In this document: positions 1 through 7,717 of the stretch, piece after piece
How the letters are laid out: each line of letters opens with the position of its first letter
How positions within the stretch are numbered: the stretch's first letter is position 1
From: Candidatus Latescibacterota bacterium
Lineage (GTDB): Bacteria; Latescibacterota; UBA2968; UBA8231
DNA length: 64,000 nucleotides
Direction: 5' to 3'
Assembly: GCA_965223905.1 (NCBI GenBank)
Contig: CBDCXV010000009.1
Location: forward strand, 352,001-416,000
Translations under genes and position numbers: made by a program
Notes under the pieces: model-generated
What the model was told of the DNA's origin: nothing
The model's input: the letters and a program-made list of their open reading frames with translations, nothing else
The model's database searches: none

Positions 1-2
1 CG

Positions 3-968
3 AAGAAAACCGCGCTGGGGCTCTACCGGCAGATGCTGGCGATCCGCCGCACCGAGGAGCAGCACGCGCGCTCCTACGCCGCCGGGCTCATCCTCGGCGC
101 CTGCCACACCTACATCGGCGAGGAAGCGGTGGCGGCCGGCGTCTGCGCCCACCTGCGGGACGACGACGCCGTCTTCAGCACGCACCGCGGCCACGGACAC
201 GCCCTGGCCAAGGGGGTGCCGATCCGCGAGGTGATCGCCGAGCTGTTCGGCAAGGTCACCGGCTGTTCCCAGGGCCGCGGCGGCAGCATGCACCTGTTCT
301 CCCCCGAGGTCGGCATGATGGGGACGAGCGGCATCGTCGGGCCCTGCATTCTGCAGGCCGCGGGCGCCGCCTACTCCTTCAAGCTGCTGGAGACCGACCG
401 CGTCGGCGTCGCCTTCTTCGGGGACGGGGCCGTCAGCAACGGCGCCTTCCACGAGGGACTTACGATGGCGGCCAGGTGGGAGCTGCCTGCCCTGTTCGTG
501 TGCGAGAACAACCTCTTCGCCACCGAGATCGCCTTCTCCACGGCGACGAGCAATCCCGAGGTCGCCAACCGCGCCGAGGGCTACGGGCTGCCCGGGGTCG
601 CCCTCGACGGAAACGACGCCGCCGCGGTGTACGAAGCCGCCCGGGAAGCGGTGGCCCGCGCCCGCGGCGGCGGCGGCCCCACCCTGATCGAGTGCAAGAC
701 CTATCGCACCCGGCCTCACTCCGAGGGCATGAGGGACACCGGCTACCGCACCCAGGAAGAGATCGATTCATGGAAGACGCGCGACCCGATTCCGGCGCTG
801 CGTGAAAGGATCCTGGCGGCGAACCTCGCCGCGAAGGCGGAGCTCGATGCCATCGACGCCGGCATCGAGGCGGAAGTGAAGGAAGCGGCGAAGTATGCCG
901 AAGGGTCCCCCTGGCCCGACCCGGCCACCATCTACGACCACGTCTACAGCGGTACCCGCGATGCGTGA
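3..968 (+). CDS. TPP-dependent 2-oxoacid/acetoin dehydrogenase E1 alpha subunit (5' end outside window)
   Basis: STHRGHGH, GRGGSMH, TPP motif GDGA..N..FHE, TYRTRPHS; frame is open from base 3. Confidence 0.93.
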   Translation, partial: KKTALGLYRQMLAIRRTEEQHARSYAAGLILGACHTYIGEEAVAAGVCAHLRDDDAVFSTHRGHGHALAKGVPIREVIAELFGKVTGCSQGRGGSMHLFSPEVGMMGTSGIVGPCILQAAGAAYSFKLLETDRVGVAFFGDGAVSNGAFHEGLTMAARWELPALFVCENNLFATEIAFSTATSNPEVANRAEGYGLPGVALDGNDAAAVYEAAREAVARARGGGGPTLIECKTYRTRPHSEGMRDTGYRTQEEIDSWKTRDPIPALRERILAANLAAKAELDAIDAGIEAEVKEAAKYAEGSPWPDPATIYDHVYSGTRDA

Positions 969-1938
969 GCTCACCTACACGGAAGCGGCCCGCGAGGGCC
1001 TGAGCGAGGAGATGGCCGCCGACCCGACGGTCTTCGTGGTCGGCCAGGGGATCGGTCCTCGGGGCGGCAACTTCAACACCACCACCGGCCTGCACGAGAT
1101 CTACGGCGACATGCGGCTGCGCGACACCGGGATCACCGAGCGCGGGTTCACCGGCCTGTGCACGGGCGCGGCGATGACCGGTTCGCGTCCGGTCGTCGAC
1201 TACATGTTCCACGACTTCGCCCTCGACGCCCTCGGCGAGATCGTCAACCAGATCCCCAAGATCCAGTACATGAGCAGCGGCCGTCTGCGCATGCCGATCG
1301 TGCTGCGCGGCTGCATCGGCGTCGGCGGGGCCGCGGCGACCCATCACTCCGGCAGCTACTATCCGCTGTTCGCGCACCTGCCCGGCTTCCGGGTCTGCCT
1401 GCCGAGCACGCCCCACGACGTCAAGGGGCTGCTGAAGACGTCGATCCGCAGCGACGACCCGGTGATCTTCATGGAGCACAAGTCGCTGCTCAACACCCGC
1501 GGCCCGGTTCCCGAGGAGGAGTACACCATCCCCTTCGGCGAGGCGTCGATCCGCCGCCGGGGCGAGCACGCCACCGTCGTCGCCCTGACCACCATGGTGG
1601 GGCGCAGCCTCGAGGTCGCCGCCGGGCTCGAGGCCGAGGGGATCTCCCTCGAGGTCATCGACCCCCGCACCGTCGCCCCGCTCGACATCGACGCCGTGCT
1701 CGAGTCGGTGCACAAGACCGGACGGCTGCTGATCGCCGACGAGACCTGGGCCCCCTGCGGCATCGGGGCGGAGATCGCCGCGCAGGTGATCGACCGGAGC
1801 TTCGACGATCTCGACGCGCCGATCCGGCGCCTCAATGGAGCCCACACCAACATCCCCTACAGCGCCCCGCTCGAGGCGGCCGTCGTGCCGCAGAAGGGGG
1901 ACATCCGCGACGCTGTCCGGGAGCTGGTCGCCGAGTAG
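961..1938 (+). CDS. 2-oxoacid/acetoin dehydrogenase E1 beta subunit
   Basis: MRELTYTEAAREGL, DTGITERGF, ATHHS, DPVIFMEHK, EVIDPRTVAPLD; ATG at 961 overlaps the alpha stop. Confidence 0.93.
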   Translation: MRELTYTEAAREGLSEEMAADPTVFVVGQGIGPRGGNFNTTTGLHEIYGDMRLRDTGITERGFTGLCTGAAMTGSRPVVDYMFHDFALDALGEIVNQIPKIQYMSSGRLRMPIVLRGCIGVGGAAATHHSGSYYPLFAHLPGFRVCLPSTPHDVKGLLKTSIRSDDPVIFMEHKSLLNTRGPVPEEEYTIPFGEASIRRRGEHATVVALTTMVGRSLEVAAGLEAEGISLEVIDPRTVAPLDIDAVLESVHKTGRLLIADETWAPCGIGAEIAAQVIDRSFDDLDAPIRRLNGAHTNIPYSAPLEAAVVPQKGDIRDAVRELVAE

Positions 1939-1950
1939 GTAGGAGCAGCA

Positions 1951-3027
1951 TTGCCGGTCGACGTCGTCATGCCCCGCCTCGGGTGGACCATGGAGGAGGG
2001 CACCCTGGTGGAGTGGACGAGGGAGGACGGCGACGCGGTCGCCTCGGGTGAGGTGATCATGCTCGTCGAGAGCGACAAGGCGGTCACCGAGGTAGAGTCG
2101 TTCGACGACGGCATCCTGCGCATTCCCCCTGACTCGCCGCCCCCTGGAACCACGGTGCCGATCGGCACCCTTCTCGCCTTCATCCTGCAGCCGGGTGAGG
2201 AGATGCCGGAGGGGCCGTCCGGGAGCGCCCCCGAAGCCGCGGCCTCGGAGCTGCCCGGACCGGTCCCGGCGGCTGCTCCGGAAACCGCGCTGGCAGCCCC
2301 CCCGGTTCCGGCGCAGGCACAGGCTCCGCGCCGCGGGCGCCGCGGTCCGGCGATCTCACCCCGCGCCCGCAGGGTCGCGGTCGAGTTCGGCATCGACTGG
2401 CAGCGTCTGCGCGGCAGCGGCCGCACCGGCCGCATTGTCGAACGCGACGTGCGCGCAGCAGCCGAAACTGCATCTGCCGTACCCGCGTCCTCGGCAGCCT
2501 CTCAAGCCGCAGAGGTGGATATGACGGCGTTCGCCAGCCACTGCGACCGGCTCGCGGAGCTGATGAAGCGGGCCCCTGCCGTGCCGGGAATGTTCGACCT
2601 GGTTCTGCGATCTGTTGGACAGGCCCTGGCAATGGTCCCGTCCCTGTCGGGGCCGGACGCCGACGTCCGCGTTCAGCGCGACGACTCCGCGGCGGTCCTG
2701 AAGCGGTTCTCGTCGCTCTCCGTTCTCGACATCGGCGGGGCCCTGGCTGGGGGAGAAACCGCTGTGTCCGGGACAGTCGCAGCTTCGCCGTTCAGCGTCG
2801 TTGCCCTCGAGGGTGTCGATGCCCTGGCTCCCGGGCTGCCCCCCGGGGCCGTTGCCGTGCTGGGGCTGGGTTCGGTGCGGGAGAGAGAGGGAGCCAGCGG
2901 GCGGAGGAAGTCGCTGAACCTGCAGTTGACCTACGACTACTCGGCGGTGACGGACGCCGAGGCGCAGCAGTTCATGGGGTCGTTGCGGTCGTACCTCGAA
3001 GATCCCTTCAACTGGCTCTCCTGGTGA
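1951..3027 (+). CDS. E2-like protein: lipoyl domain + E3/E1-binding domain + degenerate acyltransferase domain
   Basis: Lipoyl motif VESDKA; PSBD ISPRARRVA...GSGRTGRIVERDV; C-terminal LTYDYSAVTDAEA where DHRxxDG is expected. Confidence 0.8.
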   Translation: MPVDVVMPRLGWTMEEGTLVEWTREDGDAVASGEVIMLVESDKAVTEVESFDDGILRIPPDSPPPGTTVPIGTLLAFILQPGEEMPEGPSGSAPEAAASELPGPVPAAAPETALAAPPVPAQAQAPRRGRRGPAISPRARRVAVEFGIDWQRLRGSGRTGRIVERDVRAAAETASAVPASSAASQAAEVDMTAFASHCDRLAELMKRAPAVPGMFDLVLRSVGQALAMVPSLSGPDADVRVQRDDSAAVLKRFSSLSVLDIGGALAGGETAVSGTVAASPFSVVALEGVDALAPGLPPGAVAVLGLGSVREREGASGRRKSLNLQLTYDYSAVTDAEAQQFMGSLRSYLEDPFNWLSW

Positions 3028-3143
3028 ACTGAGCCGGGGTGTTTCCCTGGAAATGAATGGCCGCGATCGCTCCCGGGCGGGATGAGATTCGCGGCAGAAG
3101 CGGCGCCGGGCGCTGCGGGGTGTTGCCGAGACAGGAGAACGGA

Positions 3144-3884
3144 ATGAAGCTGGCGGGCAAGATTGCAGTTACGACCGGAGGTGCCACAGGCATCGGGGGG
3201 GCTACTGCGGAGCTGTGCGCGGCCGAGGGTGCCGTGTCGATCATCCTCGACTACAACCGGAACGAAGGCCGCGGCACCCTCGAGCGCATCGAGAAAGCCG
3301 GGGGCAGGGGCGAGTTCCACGAGGTGGACGTTCGCAGAGAAGAGCAGGTCGCCGCGGTGTTCGCGAAGATCGCCGCGGCCCACGGCCGGGTCGACGTGTT
3401 GATCTGCAGCGCCGGCGTTCTCACCGGTGCCCACCAGGGAATCACCGAGCTGGCCGAGGAGGACTGGGACACCACCATCGACACCAACCTGAAGGGGACC
3501 TACCTGACCGGCAAGCACGCGGCGCCGCTGCTCAGGGCCTCCCCGTCTTCGGTGCTGTTGCTGATCTCCTCGGGCGCGGGGGTGAGCGGCGGCAGCTCGT
3601 CGTACGCGTACGCGGCGAGCAAGGGGGGGATGCACGGGATGCAGCACAACTTCGGCAAGGAGCTGCCCGGCACCCGGGTCCACGTCGTCTGCCCCGGCAG
3701 TATCGCCACGCCGCTCAAGCTGAAGAACATCGGGCAGGCGGCGGAAAAGCGGGGGGAGGACCCCGAAGCCGCCAAGGAAGCGGCGAAGAAAACCCTGGGC
3801 GACCCGGTGGGGGTGGCCCGCGTGCTCGCTTTCCTCGCCTCGGAGGACGCCGACTACATCAGGGGCGATATCAGGACTCGGTAG
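3144..3884 (+). CDS. SDR family NAD(P)-dependent oxidoreductase
   Basis: TGGATGIG, YAASK, VCPG; AGGAG SD before ATG 3144. Confidence 0.92.
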   Translation: MKLAGKIAVTTGGATGIGGATAELCAAEGAVSIILDYNRNEGRGTLERIEKAGGRGEFHEVDVRREEQVAAVFAKIAAAHGRVDVLICSAGVLTGAHQGITELAEEDWDTTIDTNLKGTYLTGKHAAPLLRASPSSVLLLISSGAGVSGGSSSYAYAASKGGMHGMQHNFGKELPGTRVHVVCPGSIATPLKLKNIGQAAEKRGEDPEAAKEAAKKTLGDPVGVARVLAFLASEDADYIRGDIRTR

Positions 3885-4065
3885 TCCCGGGTCTGCGTGT
3901 GCGGCCGCCGATGCGTCCGGCCTGCAAGGAGACTGAGCGGGGTCGTACGAAGTGGGCGTGCGCCCGCATCATGCGCGTGCGCTTTGAGTCGGGGAGTGAG
4001 GGTGACGCGGGGAGCCTGCCGGGGCCGGCGGGGGCCGAATTTAACCGAGGTCGCGCGCGCAGATA

Positions 4066-4953
4066 CTACGGCATGATCTGCTTGCTGAGGACGGCGCGCG
4101 TCGTCACCGGAAACTCCCCCGGTTCGCAGCACTGGCAGATCTGCACGTCCGCGGCGGCGCTCATCAGCATGTAGGCCTCCTCGAAGCTCAGGCCCATCCG
4201 TTTCCGCATCAGCAGGACCATCTCTTCCGCCGCCATTCTCGCCGCGGCCCCCAGGTCCTGGTGGTCGCCGGTCGTTATCCATGCGTCGTCCGTCTCGATC
4301 AGCGGACGGCGCAGCGGCTCTCCCTTGCGCAGCTCCACCCGGACCGTCACCTCGGCGCAGATCTCCAGGCCGATGAAGGTGATCTCGCCGTCTCCCATGG
4401 CCGCGTGGACGTCGCCGAGCGCAAGTCCCGCTCCCGGAACCGCGACCGGCAGATGGATGCGGCTGCCGGCAGCGGCGTGCTTGTTGTCCATGTTGCCGCC
4501 GTGGGGGCCGGCGAAGGCCGTGCGGATGCCCTCACCGGCGGGGGCTGTGCCGATCACTCCGATCATCGGGTGAGCGGGAAAGCGGATGTCGCCGAAACGG
4601 ACGACTCCGTCCTTCACTTCGACGATGCGCGTAGCGTACTCCTCTGCGAGATGGGCGAGCAGTCCCTCCCCCTTCTTCACGGCGAGAAAGCCGCGGTCAG
4701 CCGGATCGATGGCTTCGACGTGAACGCACAGGCTGTCTCCGGGTTGGGCGCCGCGCACTTCAACGGGTCCTGTCGCCGGATTCGAGCCGTCGGGGTGAGG
4801 GCGGTCGAGCAGGTCGGCGTCGGTGCGGATCGTTCCGGTGCGGGCGTCGAAGGTCTCGAACAGGACGGTATCGCCGCTGTCGATCGTCGCGACAGGGGGC
4901 AGCTCCTTGTCGATACGGTACTGGATGTGGTCGCGGGTGACGCGGTGTATCAT
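4066..4953 (-). CDS. Acetamidase/formamidase family protein
   Basis: NPATGPV.VRGAQPGD, GPHGGNMD, GDVHAAMGDGEI, EAYMLMS. Confidence 0.9.
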   Translation of the reverse strand: MIHRVTRDHIQYRIDKELPPVATIDSGDTVLFETFDARTGTIRTDADLLDRPHPDGSNPATGPVEVRGAQPGDSLCVHVEAIDPADRGFLAVKKGEGLLAHLAEEYATRIVEVKDGVVRFGDIRFPAHPMIGVIGTAPAGEGIRTAFAGPHGGNMDNKHAAAGSRIHLPVAVPGAGLALGDVHAAMGDGEITFIGLEICAEVTVRVELRKGEPLRRPLIETDDAWITTGDHQDLGAAARMAAEEMVLLMRKRMGLSFEEAYMLMSAAADVQICQCCEPGEFPVTTRAVLSKQIMP

Positions 4954-5096
4954 GCTGTCCTGGCTTGTCCGGGGGAAGGTGCTGTTGCGGGGGGCAAAGG
5001 GAGCGCGCGGACTCCGCGTCTACCCGGGATCCGGCATGGTTGAGGGGCTGGTCAGGCTCCGGGGAAGCAGTTGATCGGGAGGACCGGGAGGCGTCC

Positions 5097-5429
5097 TCAA
5101 ATCTCCGTGGCTTCGTCGCTGCCGGTTCCTTCCAGGTCGGCCCTGATCCGCCCGAACTCCTCCTCCTTCTCCGACAGCTCGCGCTCACAGGCCCGGATGC
5201 GGTCGCACAGTTCCTGCACCGCGGAGTCCTCCGGCGCGGGGACCTGACCCGACTGCACGCGGCTGTACACCTCGTTCCCCAGTTCGGCCTTGAGCCGCGA
5301 AAGGCGGGTCTTGGCAGCGGCGATGTCGAGCCGGGCACGGCCGAGCAGGGTCAGCTCCTCGGCCTTGTTGACGGCCAACTCCGCTCCGTCATGGAGCCCT
5401 CTCTTGATGCTGTCCCACATTTTCTCCAC
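5097..5429 (-). CDS. Hypothetical coiled-coil protein
   Basis: Helical charged 110-aa ORF with genome-like codon usage. Confidence 0.65.
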   Translation of the reverse strand: MEKMWDSIKRGLHDGAELAVNKAEELTLLGRARLDIAAAKTRLSRLKAELGNEVYSRVQSGQVPAPEDSAVQELCDRIRACERELSEKEEEFGRIRADLEGTGSDEATEI

Positions 5430-5499
5430 GTCAGGCCTCCGTATTCAATGCCGCTGTCCTGTTGCCGCGGCGCCTCTCGGTCAGTGGTATTCCGCAATC

Positions 5500-5559
5500 A
5501 AAAAAAAACCGCCATCACCTTTCGATGTCGGCTTGCGGCATCGAATCGGCATCGGCGGT
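5500..5559 (-). terminator. Intrinsic terminator downstream of rpsR
   Basis: Minus strand ACCGCC...TTCGATG..CATCGAA...GGCGGT stem followed by a T9 tract. Confidence 0.7.
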
Positions 5560-5654
5560 ATGGAGGGCGGATTCTCCGCGAGCCGGCATCCGGAGGCAGC
5601 AGGTGCCTCCGAGCACTTTGTTCCCAAAGTTCCGGGCTCGAACCCGGCGACGGA

Positions 5655-5876
5655 CTAGCGGGTGTCGTTGATCGAGTACGGCAGCAGGCCGAGGTAGCGC
5701 GCCCGCTTGATGGCCTGGACGATACGCGCCTGCTGCTTGCGGTTTGCACCGGTTCTCCGCGCTGCTTCGATCTTGCCGTTGGGACTCAGGAATCTGGAAA
5801 GGACGTCGAGCTTCTTGTAGTCTATGTCTTCCAGTTTGAGCTTGGCGGTGAACTCTTTGCGGCTGGATTTTCCGAT
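5655..5876 (-). CDS. rpsR: 30S ribosomal protein bS18, Cys-free form, apparent ATC start (not in ORF track)
   Basis: Manual translation: (M)GKSSRKEFTAKLKLEDIDYKKLDVLSRFLSPNGKIEAARRTGANRKQQARIVQAIKRARYLGLLPYSINDTR*, with IDYK, GKI, RRTG and AIKRAR.LGLLPY S18 hallmarks. Confidence 0.93.
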   Translation of the reverse strand: MGKSSRKEFTAKLKLEDIDYKKLDVLSRFLSPNGKIEAARRTGANRKQQARIVQAIKRARYLGLLPYSINDTR

Positions 5877-5911
5877 TTTTCGAATCCCCTGAGAGAAGCG
5901 TTGAGCGGCTA

Positions 5912-5940
5912 AAACTACCGGGTGAGGGCGCCAAAGTCAA
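5912..5940 (-). promoter_or_regulatory. Putative sigma70 promoter for rpsR
   Basis: TTGACT-17 bp-TAGTTT on the minus strand, then an AGGGG SD-like sequence. Confidence 0.6.
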
Positions 5941-5957
5941 TTCCCGATCGGGCTCCG

Positions 5958-6386
5958 GTGAACGACATTCGCATACATTCCGGCCTCGCGATTCCCGAGC
6001 GGGAACTGCGGTTCGTTTTCACCGCCAGCCCCGGTCCGGGAGGGCAGAACGTCAACCGCGTCAACACGCGGGCGGAGCTCCGCTTCGACGTGAAGGGGAG
6101 CCCATCCCTCGACGAGGTGCAGAGAGGCCGCATTCTCCGCGCCCTCGGTTCCCGGCTTTCCAGGGAAGGCATTCTGGCGGTTCGGTCTTCCCGCTTCCGG
6201 TCCCAGGGGCGCAACAGGGCCGATTGCATCGACCGCTTCGTCCGCCAGATCGCCGAAGCCCTGCGCCCGCCCCCGAAACCACGCAAGCGCACCCGGCCCA
6301 GCCCGGCCTCCCAGGCCCGTCGAATCCAGCAGAAGCGCAATCAGTCGCTGAAGAAGGCGCTGCGCCGGCGCCCTTCGACCGCGTAA
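5958..6386 (+). CDS. arfB: Alternative ribosome rescue peptidyl-tRNA hydrolase ArfB
   Basis: SPGPGGQNVN, RSQ..NR, basic C-terminal tail; start is GTG 5958 or GTG 5922. Confidence 0.92.
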   Translation: MNDIRIHSGLAIPERELRFVFTASPGPGGQNVNRVNTRAELRFDVKGSPSLDEVQRGRILRALGSRLSREGILAVRSSRFRSQGRNRADCIDRFVRQIAEALRPPPKPRKRTRPSPASQARRIQQKRNQSLKKALRRRPSTA

Positions 6387-6612
6387 ACAGCCGCCCATCG
6401 CCTGGACGGCGTGTAGCGGTTTTCTGAAGCGCATTCGGATCCGGGTTCCTGAAGTTGTGCGCGGGTTGCCAGACGGCTTCGCCCGCGCCCGGGCGCCATC
6501 ATCCCCTTCGGAACCGCTCGCGGCCGCCAGTGTCCTGCCGGGTTCCACCATCGTCGGCCTCACCCCCCACCCAGTCGGAAATCACACTTGCGAAGGTTTG
6601 ATGCCATGTCGA

Positions 6613-6634
6613 ACTTTGACGTTAACGTAAAAGT
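6613..6634. promoter_or_regulatory. 22-bp near-perfect palindrome (putative operator) upstream of the sigma factor gene
   Basis: ACTTTGACGTT|AACGTAAAAGT, 10/11 symmetric, in an AT-rich patch and containing TTGACG. Confidence 0.5.
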
Positions 6635-6727
6635 CATGAATTGAAATCGGCGGCGCGGGAACCAGGTATCCGGTGGCGCCGTCCATGAAGACTGTAACCG
6701 CCTTGCCGACAGTCAGGAGATAGGTCG

Positions 6728-7576
6728 ATGCCTGGAACGAAAGAGCGGGACAAGGTCGAGAACCTCACCGAGATCTATTGGCGCGATATCAGGGACACCC
6801 AGCCGCTGAGCCGCCTGGACGAGTTCGACCTGTTCACTCGCATCAAGCAGGGGGATGAAGAGGCGAGGGAAAAGGTCATCACCGCCAATCTCAGGTTCGT
6901 CGTCAGCGTCGCGCGTGAATACAAGGAGTACGGGCTTTCGCTGCTCGAGCTGGTCTCCGAGGGCAACGTCGGTCTTCTCGAGGCGGTCAAGAGATTCGAC
7001 GAGACTCGCGGGTTCAAGTTCATCACCTACGCCGTCTGGTGGATCCGCCAGGCGATCCTCAAGGCCCTCGCCGAACAGGGAAGGATCGCCCGCCCGCCGA
7101 TGAGCCAGGTGAACGACCTGCAGAAACTCGAGAGAGAGGCGGGGGTGCTTTCCCAGCGCCTCGGCCGCGAGCCGACCGACACCGAGCTCCGCGAGCATGT
7201 CGACATCAGCTGGGAGCGAACTCGAAACGCCCGGCGGATATCGCAACAGGACCTCTCCTTCGACGCCCCGGTCTTCCCCGACGAGGACACGACCCTCCAT
7301 GCCGTGATCGGGTCGGACCAGGAGGGTGCCGAGGATGTCCTCCACGAGCGCGAGATGAAAGGCAGGATCGCCGACTGCCTCGAGATCCTCGACGAGCGCG
7401 AGTACCGGATTGTCCGCGACTACTACGGGTTCGGCAGCCTGCCGCCGATGACCCTGGAGGAGATCGGCGGAACCCTGGGTGTCACGCGCGAACGCGTCCG
7501 GCAGCTGCGCAACCGCGCCCTGGAAAAGCTGCGCGACAGCTGCGGGGAAACCCTCGTCCAGCTCTCGGAAAACTAG
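6728..7576 (+). CDS. RNA polymerase sigma-70 factor, RpoD/SigA-like without region 1.1
   Basis: ANLRFVVSVA, EGNVGLLEAVKRFDETRGFKFITYAVWWIRQAI, TLEEIG..LGVTRERVRQ. Confidence 0.93.
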   Translation: MPGTKERDKVENLTEIYWRDIRDTQPLSRLDEFDLFTRIKQGDEEAREKVITANLRFVVSVAREYKEYGLSLLELVSEGNVGLLEAVKRFDETRGFKFITYAVWWIRQAILKALAEQGRIARPPMSQVNDLQKLEREAGVLSQRLGREPTDTELREHVDISWERTRNARRISQQDLSFDAPVFPDEDTTLHAVIGSDQEGAEDVLHEREMKGRIADCLEILDEREYRIVRDYYGFGSLPPMTLEEIGGTLGVTRERVRQLRNRALEKLRDSCGETLVQLSEN

Positions 7577-7717
7577 GGGTCGCGTCCTCCCGAAAACCGG
7601 GAGTTGACTCGCATGGCGCAGCTTGGGGAACCCTCTTCCCCTCTGCGCATTGCGCCTTTTCCGCCCATTCGGCGCCAGCGCTCCTGCGGTGGGGCGCTCG
7701 GTCACCGATTATCCCAT

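Noticed and set aside
5632-5647. GGTTCGAGCCC T-arm-like hairpin on the minus strand
   Set aside because: It lies right after the rpsR stop, leaving no room for D and anticodon arms or an acceptor stem.
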